A DNA stretch of 64,000 nt, from contig OZ024753.1 in the NCBI GenBank assembly GCA_964016885.1, forward strand, positions 44,516,001 to 44,580,000, read 5' to 3'. Both the position numbers and the translations under genes were made by a program. Below the pieces are notes generated by a model. The model was given only the letters and a program-made list of their open reading frames with translations. It made no database searches and had not been told where the DNA came from. This DNA comes from Eledone cirrhosa. Taxonomy: Eukaryota. The number at the start of each line of letters is the position of its first letter. The first letter of the stretch is position 1. Below are positions 12,362 to 24,895 of this stretch, one piece after another.

Positions 12362-13674
12362 ATATATATATATATATATATATAAAGTAAGTTAACATTC
12401 AATACATAGGAAAACATTTGTTATTATTTACTCATAAAAGAAAGTCAGTTGGTGTCTATTCCTCTCTGGTTCTCGTTATAACTATATGGAATTTCTGTAT
12501 TTAGTGCAATAAAAAATACAAGAAAATTCCCACCTATTGTGTGAAAAAATATATATATTTTCTTCTGCTAGACACTATTGATCTTTAGGAGAGAAATATC
12601 TGCATTTCTCATGCAAAGACATATAAAGATTAATATATATATATTAATAAATTATCCATAACCGTTCGATAGATTTTTTTTTTCTCATTTTCCAAACCAT
12701 TCTTTGGTAGAAATTGAATATTTCATTACAGCAGAAATCTGTATTCATTCCCCTTTAATTTTTACCAAGGAGTCGTGAAAGCTATGTAGATTTTATTAAA
12801 TCATATATTCCCATTTTGGTTTAGTGCCTTCTTGCACAACAATGTCCACTAACCACGGAGATTTATTCCATTACTGAATATATGTTTATTCTGCTGGCTA
12901 GCATTTCTTTCATCTTTATTCTTTATTAAGCACAAGCTTGACAAACAATTATAAGGATGATATATGACAAATATATTGCTACCGACCGACCGCTACCTGC
13001 TTCACTTATTACAACAACAGCACTGAGCGTTTCTTAGTTACAGAATGCAAGCACTTGGAGAAAGTAAAGTCCATTATGTGATTTGAAAATTTATTGCCCT
13101 CGAAATAGCAAGGCTCGAACATTAAGAAGCAAGGAAATATTCTAGTGAATTCTGATAATATTCAGAATCACAATATAGTAGAGAGCTTTAGAATGACAAA
13201 CTCATATATTAATAAGATAACAGATTGCTTCATTAAACAAACTCTATACTAAATAAAACTTAATTTAAAAGCGTTTCATCACAAATATTTAGCATATTGA
13301 ACAAAAAGAACACCTGTTTGGCAATAGTTGTCAACTTAAAACTGCTGATATATACAATTGAAAGGTTTTAAATTAAATTAAATCTAAAAGGTAACTAGGT
13401 GTAAAGGTAGAGAGAAGTATGATGCCTGCATATGATGTGTTATGTCCAATAAGTTGTCAAGTTTATTCATTTAAAGCATATTTACATGCTGCCTTTCCAG
13501 ATAAGTAGAAATAGAGCATAGAATTTGATCAACAATATCCCAGAACTCATTTGCTTACAATGTTTCTCCTGGTCTTTCCATTGTTGATATCTACCAGTTT
13601 CAACTCCACGCAGATCCAGGTAAATAACATAACCAAAGTTATTCAGTTTGAAGGAAATAAACATATCTTCATTG

Positions 13675-13877
13675 TATATAAGTATAAAGGATTATGTGCT
13701 GAAGCATATATATGCTATAAAATAGCTTATAAAGTAGGACAAAGACCATTAAAACACAGATAAAGAAGTTACCATCACTATAGTGGCCAATGGTAACTTC
13801 TTTTTCCATCTGTCAATATTTTATAAGCTATTTTATAGCATCTGTGTGCTTGAGCATATCTTCCTTTATACTTATAT
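13675..13877. mobile_element. Fold-back/MITE-like element
   Basis: TATATAAGTATAAAGGA...ATGCTATAAAATAGCTTATAAA pairs with TTTATAAGCTATTTTATAGCAT...TCCTTTATACTTATATA. Inner stem AAAGAAGTTACCA/TGGTAACTTCTTT. Confidence 0.65.
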
Positions 13878-13899
13878 ATATATAAATATATATATAGAG

Positions 13900-14492
13900 A
13901 GAGAGAAAGAGTGAAGTTGGAAATAGCACAGAAAATATATTTAAGGGTCTGTTTTTCTTTTTTGATTCGTCCAAGTGACATTATTGAAATTGATAACATT
14001 ATTGAAAAAATGAAAGAGACAATTCTTTTTTAAAAAAATGTTTATAATGTATATTTTAAAAAGAATTGTCCCTCTAATTTTTTCAATAATGTTACCTTTT
14101 CAATAATTGTTTCTACTTTAGGCACAAGGCCAGCAATTACCCAGTGCATTACTGGTACTTTATTTTATCGACCCCGTAAGGATGAAAGGCAAAGTCAACC
14201 TCGGCGGTATTTGAACTCTGATCGTAAAGGGACGTAACTATGCTGGAAAGCATGGCGTCCGACCCTCTACCGATACTGCCAATCCACCGCCCTTTTCAAT
14301 AATTGTTTCTACTTTTGGCACAAGGCCAGCAATTACCCAGTGCATTACTGGTACTTTATTCTATCGACCCCGGAAGGATGAAAGGCAAAGTTAACCTCCC
14401 TTTTCAATAATGTCACTAGGACGAATCAAAAAAGAAAAACAGACCCTTAAATATATTTTCAGTGCTATTTCCAACTTCACCTTTTCTCTATA
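13900..14492. mobile_element. Fold-back element (about 85-bp outer arms, inner palindrome 13993-14097) interrupted by SINE insertions
   Basis: 13900-13990 is the reverse complement of 14402-14492. Confidence 0.75.
14102..14398 (-). mobile_element. Full-length tRNA SINE (Meta-like central domain, ATT tail) plus tandem 5'-truncated copy
   Basis: Reverse complement of GGTGGATTGGCAGTATCGG...GAGTTCAAAT...GACTTTGCCTTTCATCCTTACGGGGTCGATAAAATAAAGTACCAG...GTAGAAACAATTATT. CTTTTCAATAAT occurs at 14096, 14292 and 14400. Confidence 0.88.
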
Positions 14493-14532
14493 TCCACTGT
14501 TTTATATAGAACCTTACTATATATATATATAT

Positions 14533-14729
14533 AAAAGGAAAAAGTATGACCCTGACGGAAGAGCTCAAGCCGTTTCGACGGCTATTTCTGGACTCAGAAA
14601 TAGCCGTCGAAACGGCTTGAGCTCTGCCGTCGGGGTCATACTTTTTCCTTTTTCCCACTCTACTACCCTAAGTATTGAGTACTCTGGTGCGTTATGGCCC
14701 TTCTGGTTCCTTACCACAATTCCTTTGTT
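14533..14729 (+). mobile_element. PLE-type fold-back remnant family C (58-bp arms plus ~77-nt tail)
   Basis: Arms 14533-14590 and 14595-14652, spacer GACT. Half-hammerhead GAAA(14609)-CGGC-TTGAGCTCT-GCCG-TC-GGGGTC. Confidence 0.85.
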
Positions 14730-15202
14730 ATATATATATATATATATATATATGTATTCTCAGTGATTAAAAGTCTGAGAATTCGGCTTACAAACTTTGT
14801 AATTCTTTTTTTGCAAATCTAATTTTAAAGAAAATATGAAACAGTTTATTCTATTTGAATAATTAACTACTGATAGGTATTATATTCTCACAAATATCCA
14901 TCTTTTATTGCCTCTTGGTATCTCTGCTTGATCTGAGATTAAAGAACAACAACAACAACACCTAGATGTAACTGATTAGATAATCAGTCTAGATATGATG
15001 TGTTTCTCCCAGTTGTATCACTTCATCTACATCTGTTAAATGATACAGAATTACGTCAATACTTTACAATTCCTTCTTTTGAATTCAGTTACAAGGATTT
15101 ATATTAACAGTAAATCCTATAAACCTAATAATATTCTCCTGTAAATAGATTCTTACGTTGAAGGTAAGTTGATGTAAATATGTTGATATGGGTGTCGGTG
15201 CA

Positions 15203-15240
<38 letters not shown>

Positions 15241-15768
15241 TGTTATGTGTGTGTGTGTGTGTATTCACTGAGATGTGTAAAAGGATAAAAATATAAAGAT
15301 GGAAGGAAAGGTGCAAATTGTCACATCAGACTCAAGAAAACGTTTCCATGGGTTTTTATTAGTCATAACTCCTGGCAAAAGACAATTGACAAGAATAAGA
15401 AATAAAAGAAATATATATATGTGTGTGTATATCTGTGTGTGTGAATTTAGTATATCTAAAGATATACATTAAATATACGAAATTCACATGCATGTATGTA
15501 TACAGCTATGCTGAAGCTATATATATATATATAGATCTATCATAGATTGTAAACCTATCAACGTCTACCATCTCTCTAGCACACACACATAGTTGGACTA
15601 ATCCATATCTAGACTTCATTATCATATTTTACCCTCCCCTCTGTTTTACCTCAACAACTATGAAAAACCCCCCTATCTCTCTAGTCTTTGTCACATCCTC
15701 CTTCTTCTCTACTTCAACTTCACATGAATTCCTATAAAAACCTGAACATTCTGGTGCGGTAAACATAA

Positions 15769-15883
15769 TCTCTGATGATATGGGATCGATTGTGCATTGG
15801 ATATTGAATGCTCTACTAAATATATAATATTATAGATGTAGCGAGATCTAGGCAAATTGATGTCTATTGAAACGTACGTAAGA
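15769..15883 (+). ncRNA. Type I hammerhead motif with long helix II (family H)
   Basis: TCT-CTGATGA-TATGGGATCGATTGTGC...GCAAATTGATGTCTATT-GAAA-CGTACG-TA-AGA: palindromic helix III, GUA triplet, AATAAA 5 nt downstream, then (TA)n. Helix I is only 3 bp. Confidence 0.65.
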
Positions 15884-15992
15884 ACCGAATAAATCTCTTT
15901 TACTGCATCTTTCTGTTCTTTTTAATTCTTTATATATATATATATATATATAATGTATTAATAAATGGAAACTATATTTATAAAACCATAAT

Positions 15993-16057
15993 TATTTTAT
16001 TATATATATTTCAAGGGCAACCAAGCCAATCTTGGTGCACTTTCATCAGATAAAATA
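15993..16057 (-). ncRNA. Type I hammerhead ribozyme motif (family A)
   Basis: TATTTTAT-CTGATGA-AAGTGCACCAAG-ATTGG-CTTGGTTGCCCTT-GAAA-TATATA-TA-ATAAAATA. The outer inverted repeat TTTATAAAAC/GTTTTATAAA extends helix I. Confidence 0.85.
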
Positions 16058-16350
16058 CAAAATTTGTTTTATAAATAGTGACATAACTATGGAAAACAAC
16101 CTTGACGGTTGAAAATTCGCTGGATAGTCATATTGAATTTTAACTCCAGCATCTGTTGAGTGCTCTATATCAGTTATAAACTTTTAAGTTTGTTGGAATC
16201 CCAACAAATTAAATATAACTTCTACATATATATATATATATATTAGTGTCCGAAACGTTAAGACCCTCTTCCTGCTATATCAAGCGTTAACCTAATATAT
16301 CCCTTCAATTTACTGCACCGATTGTGTTGTTATTTCTGTTTACCTTATAC

Positions 16351-16383
<33 letters not shown>

Positions 16384-16714
16384 CTCATTTATCATGGCTA
16401 AATAGTGAGTTTGTTGCTTTAGAGTTTCACCTGCGTACACACACACAGTGTTGTCAACTCTAAAGTCTGTCTCGAGCCTGGAGGCTCATCACACCAATGT
16501 GTCTCCTGGTTTCCTTGGTGTTTAACAACTAAGAGTAAAAGACTCCTTCCTGGTGAGGAAACCACTTTGCTGAGACATGAACTTCTTTTAATTTTTTTTA
16601 ATTCATTATTTTCTCTTTACTTTCTTCTGTCTTTATCATTCTCTACCAATGCCATACACATTATAGCTTTCATTACCATATTTCCAATGAAAAATATTGC
16701 CTACCATTTTCAAT

Positions 16715-16842
16715 TCTTCTTCTTCTTCTTCTTCTTCTTCTTCTTCTTCTTCTTCTTCTTCTTCTTCTTCTTCTTCTTCTTCTTCTTCTTCTTCTTCTTC
16801 TTCTTCTTCTCCTCCTCCTCCTCCTCCTCCTCCTCCTCCTCC
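16715..16842. repeat. (CTT)n(CCT)n compound microsatellite
   Basis: Direct reading; source of the poly-F/S/E/K ORFs. Confidence 0.95.
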
Positions 16843-16860
16843 TTCTCTCTCTCTATATAT

Positions 16861-16914
<54 letters not shown>

Positions 16915-16916
<2 letters not shown>

Positions 16917-17093
16917 CAAAGACAGTGTGGTAAGAAACCAGGTGGACCATAATGCACCAGAATACTTGATACTTAGGGTAGTAGAGTAGGAAATAGGAAA
17001 AGAGTCAGGACCCCGGCGGCTGAGATCTGGCCGTTTCGGATCTAGCTGTCGAAACGGCCAGAGCTCAACTGTCGGGGTCCTGACTCTTTTCCT
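16915..17093 (-). mobile_element. PLE-type fold-back remnant family C
   Basis: Reverse tail, then TAGGAAAAGAGTCAGGACCCC... / ...GGGGTCCTGACTCTTTTCCTA. TA flanks. Confidence 0.82.
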
Positions 17094-17142
17094 ATATATA
17101 TATATATAACTAGGTAGAAAAAGACATATTTATATATATGAG

Positions 17143-17485
17143 GCACATGGCTTAGTGGTTAGAGCATTGGCCTTGCAATCGAAAGGTTGTGAGTTCAATT
17201 CTCAGACCGGGTGATGTGTTGTTTCCTTGAGCAAGACACTTTATTTCACATTGCTCCAGTTTACTCAGCTGTAGAAATGAGATGATAGGGACTGGGTTCC
17301 CTATCATTCCACTGCAAAGTGGTCGTGGAGGTGCCACGGCAAAAAAGCACCCAGCACTCACTGTAAATGAGGTTGGTGTTAGGAAGGGCATCCAGCTGTA
17401 GAAATCAAGCCAGAATCAGTTCCCGTCCCACCCTTGCAAGCAGGGAAAAGCAGACGTAAAATGAAATGATGATGATGATGATGAT
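17143..17485 (+). mobile_element. tRNA/CORE-like SINE with (GAT)n tail
   Basis: Same family as 11688-12135, with a shorter 3' part. Confidence 0.85.
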
Positions 17486-17497
17486 ATATATACATAT

Positions 17498-17528
<31 letters not shown>

Positions 17529-17573
17529 ACTAGGTAGAAAAAGACATATTTATATATATATATATATACATAT

Positions 17574-17617
<44 letters not shown>

Positions 17618-17634
17618 CTAGGTAGAAATAGACA

Positions 17635-17675
<41 letters not shown>

Positions 17676-17716
17676 ATGATATTAATAAATGGAAACTATA
17701 TTTATAAAACCATATT

Positions 17717-17779
17717 TATTTTATTATATATATATTTCAAGGGTACCAAAACTTTGGTATGCCCTCATCAGATAAAATA
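17717..17779 (-). ncRNA. Type I hammerhead ribozyme motif (family A, second copy)
   Basis: TATTTTAT-CTGATGA-GGGCATACCAA-AGTT-TTGGTACCCTT-GAAA-TATATATA-TA-ATAAAATA. Confidence 0.8.
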
Positions 17780-17843
17780 CAAAATTTGTTTTATAAATGG
17801 TGACTTACCCAAGAAACCAGACCTTATCGGTTCAGGTTCAGTT

Positions 17844-17898
<55 letters not shown>

Positions 17899-18744
17899 CG
17901 TAAAATAAGAAAATTTTTTTAAAAAATTAAAAAAAAAATTAACTTACTTACTTAAATTTTCACTCCAACTAATTAGTTTCTGCAATGGGATAAAGACAAT
18001 TACGTAATGAACTGTTGAGAATTTCATTGCGTCATCAGGGAGGTCATTCTCAGCCAAGTCTCCAGGCAATTTTACGTCTTTTATATTATTGTTCTGCATT
18101 CTCCTGCATTGAACCACCTAGGTACTATGACATAACCTGTGTATTTGCTGGCATTAGCGTACATCTGTGCGCTTATGTTAGTAGATATATTAAATTATCT
18201 ATATATATATATATATATAAACATACATACATATAAATAGGTTGTTGCACCTTTAAATTAAAATTGAACTTGACCGATTTGTTGCTAATATGTATTATGC
18301 ACCTACTGAAATAAACATTACCAACTATGCTTCATGAAGAGATTAGCAAACTGTCTTTATTTTTTTTTTTTTTGTCCCTTTTTTTTGTCCCCTTTTCTTC
18401 AGTATTATTTTTTTTGATTTTTATAAGACAGTGTGTTGAAAATTTAATTAATTCTAAAACATTACAACTGACCCTGCTGTACTGGCTTTCAGAGATAATT
18501 TTTCAGTTTGGGATTAGTTAATTTCCATTCACTAATGTGTAAGGAAAGCTTGCTAAATGCCACTTTCTAATCTCTTTGGCGGCGGAACACATCTTTCAAT
18601 GTGATAGATATTTTTTTACAGACATTATTATTATTATTATTATTATTATTGTTACTTTTTTATTATTGCTATCATTATTAATATTATTATTATTGTTGTT
18701 ATTATTATTTTCTTTTTCCTCTCTCTCTCACTCACTCTCTCTCT

Positions 18745-18782
<38 letters not shown>

Positions 18783-19746
18783 AACCACCCATTTCTTTTC
18801 TGCCAAATACTTTATTTCTTATTTCTTTACCATCACTTATAATTGATGTGGAAAAATCGCAAAAGATTTTCTTGTACTAAAACCTCTGCAATCTCATGCT
18901 GAAATTTAATCACCTGAAAAGGATGTTGTAAAGTAAACAACAACTACAAACAAACATACAAAACAAACACACAAAATATATAAAATAAAACCTGTTAGAG
19001 CCATAACATACACATTAAAACCAACAAAAAAATTAACTAAAGACAGAAGATTCAAAAACAAAAACCTTTAACAAATGATATAAAAATACTCAATGCATTA
19101 TCTTAGTAATAAATTTGCTAAAATGAGGATTCAAATAATGTAAGCTCAAATCAAAACAGAACAACAACAACAACAACAACAACAATGACAACAACAACAG
19201 CAATATATAAGAATAGCTTTCTCCAGGCATCAAAACTGACTGACTGAAAACGTATATGTTGATATATCACTTGAAAACAAATATTTGATTATAATAATCC
19301 ATTTGTGAAAAAGGTGTTTGTGTGTGTGTGTGTGTGTTGGGGCGAAGGTGTAATGTGTGTGTGTGTTGGGGTGAAGGTGTACATGCATGCATGTGTGTAT
19401 ATGCAACAGTGTGTATTTTTGTATGTATATTCACTTATAAAAGCTGATATTTGTATTATTAAAATAACATTCTCAGATACATATTCAATGTTGTTAACCC
19501 CTATTTCAATTGCGCCACACACACACACACATGTACATACACACATACACACACATAAACACATGCTCACACATGTACATAAAAATAAAGACACTGACAT
19601 TCACACATACATACATGCTCACAAACACATACATATATACATAAACACACGCACAAGCTCCATGCACACACAAATACATGCATATATACACCCCTATATA
19701 TATGTATATATATATGTATATATATGTATATATATATATATGTATG

Positions 19747-19783
<37 letters not shown>

Positions 19784-20084
19784 ATGTGTGTGCATACATG
19801 ATGTAGAATCTGGCATGAAGTAAATTAAACCTGATAGAAAGAACTGGAAGAAACTTAACAAGTGGTTCTATTGTAAATATGTTGAATAATGAGGAACTGT
19901 TTCTTGAAGAGAGAGAATGGTAAAGAATAGATCAATAAGAGATCATGGTATCGGCAGGGGTTGGGTTTATTAGGGAGCAACAGGGGTCACTCTCTATCTT
20001 TCTATTTCATCTATTTCTCATTGTATCTTTTGATGAAGGATTAGATTACACTGGGTTGTGGAACAGAAGACTCATCCACACTGA

Positions 20085-20672
20085 CAAGTGGTCGTGTAGG
20101 TGTCACAATAAAAAGTACCCAGCCCATTCTGTAAAGTAGTTGTGTAGATGTTTCAACAAAAAGCACCCAGTCCACACTGTAAAGTGGTCGTGTAGGTGTC
20201 ACAATAAAAAGTACCCAGCCCATTCTGTAAAGTAGTTGTGTAGATGTTTCGACAAAAAGCACCCAGTCCACACTGTAAAGTGGTCGTGTAGGTGTCACGA
20301 CAAAAGCACTCAGTCCACACTGTAAAGTGGTCGTGTAGGTGTCACAATAAAAAGTACCCAGCCCATTCTGTAAAGTAGTTGTGTAGATGTTTCAACAAAA
20401 AGCACCCAGTCCACACTGTAAAGTGGTCATGTAGGTGTCACGACAAAAGCACCCAGTCCACACTGTAAAGTGGTTATTTTGGTGCCACGATATAAAAGGC
20501 ACCCAGCACACATTGTAAATGTTGTTGATATTATGAAGAACATCCAGCCATAGAAACCAAGCCGAAATTGGTCCAGTGAGCAGAACATGGTCATCTACTC
20601 TGACTTAGCTCATATCTGGACAACTCGTCTAACCTACGCTAGTGTGGAAAAATGGACATTAAACGATGATGA
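20085..20672 (+). mobile_element. SINE body with amplified internal ~43-bp repeats (alternating dimer) and GAT tail
   Basis: Units CACACTGTAAAGTGGTCGTGTAGGTGTCACAATAAAAAGTACCCAG alternate with a CATTCTGTAAAGTAGTTGTGTAGATG variant, then run into the family 3' end. Confidence 0.8.
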
Positions 20673-20702
20673 GGATATACATACATTATATATATATATA
20701 AA

Positions 20703-20890
20703 GGGCATGAATTGGCAATATCGGTAGAGGGTTGGACATACTTTCCAGCATAGTTACGTCCCTTTATGATCTGAGTTCAAATCCCGCCGAGGTTAACTTT
20801 GCCTTTCATCCATACGGGGTCGATAAAATAAAGTACTAGTAATGTACTGGGTAATTGCTGGCGTTGTGCCAAAAGTAGAAACGATTATAT
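20703..20890 (+). mobile_element. tRNA SINE, Meta-like family
   Basis: Full match to the 14102 family. Confidence 0.85.
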
Positions 20891-22733
20891 ATATATATAT
20901 ATATATACACATATATATATGCAGTTAAGCACATATTTTACATAAAAATGTTTGAACTCTTTATGCTGATTTCCGTATATATATGTGTCTATGTATTCCA
21001 ACATCAATTTGTATAAAGTCTTATAAACAAACACCTCTCTTTGAATTCTGATACAAATAAAACATATAAATCAAGAATTTGTTTGAAAATATTAAATATT
21101 ATTTAATATGTTTCTAACAATCTTCAATGCTGTTTTTGCATGTATTGAACTAAATAATTAAATCTATTTATCAGGAATTGGATTTGACCCATTGATTATT
21201 TCTTATTAAAATCACAGCTGTTCATTAGAAGAATTTTATATTCTAATTCTAATCTATATTATCATTGAAGAATTCCATTGATTTCTGATCATTATAAAAC
21301 AATACCATGAATGCTTGATCAATATACTTGACGATGCTATCAATTTTGTTAAACATATTTGCCAACAATTAAGGTAGAAATATGGAATTTAGTAAACAAA
21401 CATCTTTATTGAAGTGACTCTGTTTACTTGAATTATATCTTAGAATAAGTAAACAAAAAATATTACTGATCGAATATTATTGTTGTTGCTGTTGTCTACT
21501 CTTAGTTGATACTGTTTGAATAAATCTTTGACTTGGAGATGGTCAATTGAAAAATCTTTTGACCATCAGATCATGTTTGCAGCCAGCTCAGGTTTAGTCT
21601 AGGTGTTTGGTAATTGCCTAATTAAAACCACTCAGCAATACAGACATATAGTTACACTAGCCATGGATAAAGTTATGTTTTATGAGGTAAATTTGGTAGC
21701 TGGGAACTCTGTGGAAGACTGTCAGAGAGTTTGTTTCTGTAATAAACCACCACACTGAAGGATGTTCTTCAAGACTAAACCAGGCTGGGGCCAGGGGAAA
21801 TTCAGAGGACAATGCTGGAGAAGGAACTTTATCATGGCACTTATAATGGATGTATTGAAGATGAATACATCTCTTTGGGTTTTATGCCCCCAGACAACTG
21901 CTTAGTTCTCTTTTGATGGTAGGTCCTGCCATGTATTTATAGTTCAGATGATGTATGATTGGGATAACTGAAGATAAGTGTGACTAGTACTTAGTTAATG
22001 AATGCCACTAGGAAATGTAGACATGAAAATGGTATATTATGTCTAGCAGATTATTAGCCACTATCAGTGACTAGATTAAACAGAATATGGTAAATTGCTG
22101 CTGCTATCCACACTTTACGGAATTAAATGAGGACCAATTATATGTTGTCTAGTTGGATTATTGTAATTTCATACGGTGAAATAAAATTAGTCACATGTGA
22201 TGAAATAAAATTAATTTTTTATGTGATTCAATAAACTCGATTCACAAATAATTAATTTTAAATATTTTCTGCTGGGAAAAAACAGAAAACAAAAAATAGA
22301 GTAAAAAAAAAATCTGTTAAATTTTATCATAAAATAAATTCACTCTTTTGAAATTCTGATTGGATTTCCACCAATTCCAATGAAATATTTGATTTCATCG
22401 TAATTGTTTAATACCAATTCCATCTTGATATCAAAGTTACAAATCAATTTTGACCACTTTATAAAGTGCTCATTACTTTGCTGTCTTTGATCTTTAACTA
22501 CTAAATTGATGGCTTAAAACCATGAAACCTCTTAATGCCAATTATTTGACGTTCAATTCTGTTCATGAGTAGGGCTCATTATTGATTATCTCCCTTGGAT
22601 TCCAATAATCTTCATCCTAATCTATCACTAACAGTAACAGAACAAATCAAGAAATGAAAGGTTGTCATGTTCTTTCATTTGGATGCTCTGTCTTTCTGAG
22701 GTGCAAAGCTTCCGGTGGGGGTCACCTGATGGT

Positions 22734-22830
22734 CACAGCGGAAGAGAGAAGTGCGAGGGTGTTACCATGAAGGATAGCAGGGGAGATATGTTGAAAGAGT
22801 CAGTCCAACACACAGAGTTCGCTCTTGTAG
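22734..22830 (-). mobile_element. Decayed C-terminus of CRE-like non-LTR retrotransposon
   Basis: Translates to ELCVLD*LFQHISPAILHGNTLALLSS, homologous to 28606-28760 and to the EPRxxxWLFQRISLAIxRGNAxSIL ending of CRE-clade ORFs (recalled pattern, not searched). Confidence 0.6.
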
Positions 22831-23087
22831 GGGGTCAACTCCATGCTAACTCCAGTTAGTACGGATCTTTTATGGACCCAGGATGAGAGTTTTCATCACT
22901 AACACAAGAAAACTAATCAACTCAAGATTCAATCAGTCATATAATGTTGTTGTTGCTGTTGTTTAGTCCCTGACCAAAGCTATGATAAATGTATTCAAAC
23001 TGTAACCATCCTCTGCTACAAAAAGCAGGGACGGCCCTTTAGTTGTGTCAAGGACATGACAGCCTACCTAGTGCTGGGAATCTACAC

Positions 23088-23275
23088 AATAATTGTTTCT
23101 ACTTTTGGCACAAAGCCAGAAATTACTCCAGTGTATTACAGGTACTTTATTTTATTGACCCTGTAAGGATGAAAGGCAAAGTTAACCTCAGTGGGATTTG
23201 AACTCAGATCATAAAGGGCTGTAACTCTATGCTGCAAAGCATGGTGTTTGATCCTCTATCGATACTGCCAATCCA
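23088..23275 (-). mobile_element. tRNA SINE, Meta-like family
   Basis: Reverse match to the 14102 family. Confidence 0.8.
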
Positions 23276-24689
23276 TAGCACCCAGTACACACTGTAAAGT
23301 GATTCATTTCAGGAAGGGCATCAAGCCGTAGAAAGCTTGCCAAGCAATTGGGTTGGGAGGACTCTTCAGTTCATGTAAAAAGAGAGAACATCTGTTGTTG
23401 TTGCTGTTGTTCCTTCATCAGTTTCAACAATGAGTGTTTCAGTTGTTTTATCAGCAAAACAGTCTACTTGTAAAATTAACATACAAGTGACTGAGTATTA
23501 CTCAGAATGTTACATATTAAAGAAGTTTTCAAGGTCATGAGCAATGAGAAATAAAATGTCTTGTTCAAGGATACAATATTTAACTGTTGGTCAATCAATG
23601 ATAAACATTGATTGCCAGCTGAATTCTTTATAGAAATACAAAAATATACTGAAGCAAAAACCAAACTAAACAGTGAGTGTGTTTTATTATATATATATAT
23701 ATATATTTTTTGTGGGGGGGGGGGGGGGGGGGTAATATTAGAACAACATAGCCCTCCCCCAAAATATACAATACACTGTGGGGAATCAAACTCATGACTC
23801 AATGATTGTGAGCTGAGCAACTTAACTACTAAACCATTACACATCCATTCTAGAGAACAGCTTGTAGATGTTAACCTAGCTAGAGATATTATTACAGTAG
23901 ATACTGGTATAACTAATATTTCTTACTCAAAATTAAATGTGCATCACTACTTTAAAGTCAATAGTGTAATTGAATTTAAAGAAAATAAAAATATAGAAAT
24001 CAAAATGTTTTTAATATGTTACTTCACAGGTTGGACAGATTTGCAATTTAAATGTAATTTTCCTGGTATCAACCACTAAAGAAAATAGCATTCATGTTTT
24101 GAATTAGCATAACTGTTTTATACAATTTGGCTTCACATGTGTTTTGCTTCTTTGCTAGTTTAAAAAACAAAAATGTTTTCCTACATTTTTACTGTTGGCT
24201 TAGAATAGATAAGTCAAAATGAGAAACTTTTCTTCTATTTTCTTCAAACTTCAATTATTTCCACTAATTAATCTTTTCGGAGTATCTAAATTATTTGTTT
24301 AAATTTGTTTCCTTGCTTTTATTCTATTTAACATCTATTTGTAATTCTTGTGCTGTTTATACTTATATTTTGGTCATTGAAACAAGTTAGATTTAAAAAG
24401 CATCTCATAAAATTTTAACAGCCGAAATAATGTCTATAACAGTTTGATGTGTTAAACTGGTGGATTAGAAGATTGGTTGTCTTATACTCTTTACATATGA
24501 TCTTCTATGATGTGAGTTCAGAGCTGCTTTTGTTGTATATTTCTCCAAACTTAGTTCAGTCTGAAATAATATGATCATGAATACAAGCAGCCAAAAAGAG
24601 GTTCCTTTGAAGGGTCTTTGGCGTAAAGTTACTCGATAGAGTGCATAGCTTGGAGATGAAAGAGTCACTCCAGGTAGAGCTGCTACTTT

Positions 24690-24748
24690 CTCCGAATTAA
24701 GAGATCAAGTTAGTTCAGTCTGAACTAACTTGATCTCTTAATTCGGAG
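24690..24748. repeat. Perfect palindrome with 29-bp arms and 1-nt spacer
   Basis: CTCCGAATTAAGAGATCAAGTTAGTTCAG-T-CTGAACTAACTTGATCTCTTAATTCGGAG. Confidence 0.95.
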
Positions 24749-24895
24749 CATGGCTTTGTGGTTAGAGCATTGGGCTTGTAATCGAAAGGCTGCGAGTTCA
24801 ATTCTCGGACCGGGTAATGTGTTGTTTCCTTGAGCAAGACACTTTATTTTACGTTGTTCCAGTTTACTCAGGTGTAGAAATGAGGATGATAGGAC
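24748..24895 (+). mobile_element. 5' part of tRNA/CORE-like SINE
   Basis: A box, B box and CORE-like segment as at 17143. Confidence 0.8.

Noticed and set aside
13501-13619. Candidate exon with TTTCCAG acceptor and GTAAAT donor
   Set aside because: Stop codons in all three frames.
16085-16225. Possible Neptune-type PLE ORF end (KLYLI...LNRC) upstream of a family A hammerhead
   Set aside because: Needs a frameshift and read-through of stops; too weak to call without a profile search.
16245-16350. GAAACGTT half-hammerhead-like start of a TA-flanked fragment
   Set aside because: Single copy here with no upstream core, so it cannot be supported as a ribozyme.
18016-18052. Minus-strand CTGATGA-CGCAAT-GAAA flanked by TGAGAAT/ATTCTCA
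   Set aside because: Position 17 would be G, there is no room for helix I, and helix II does not pair.
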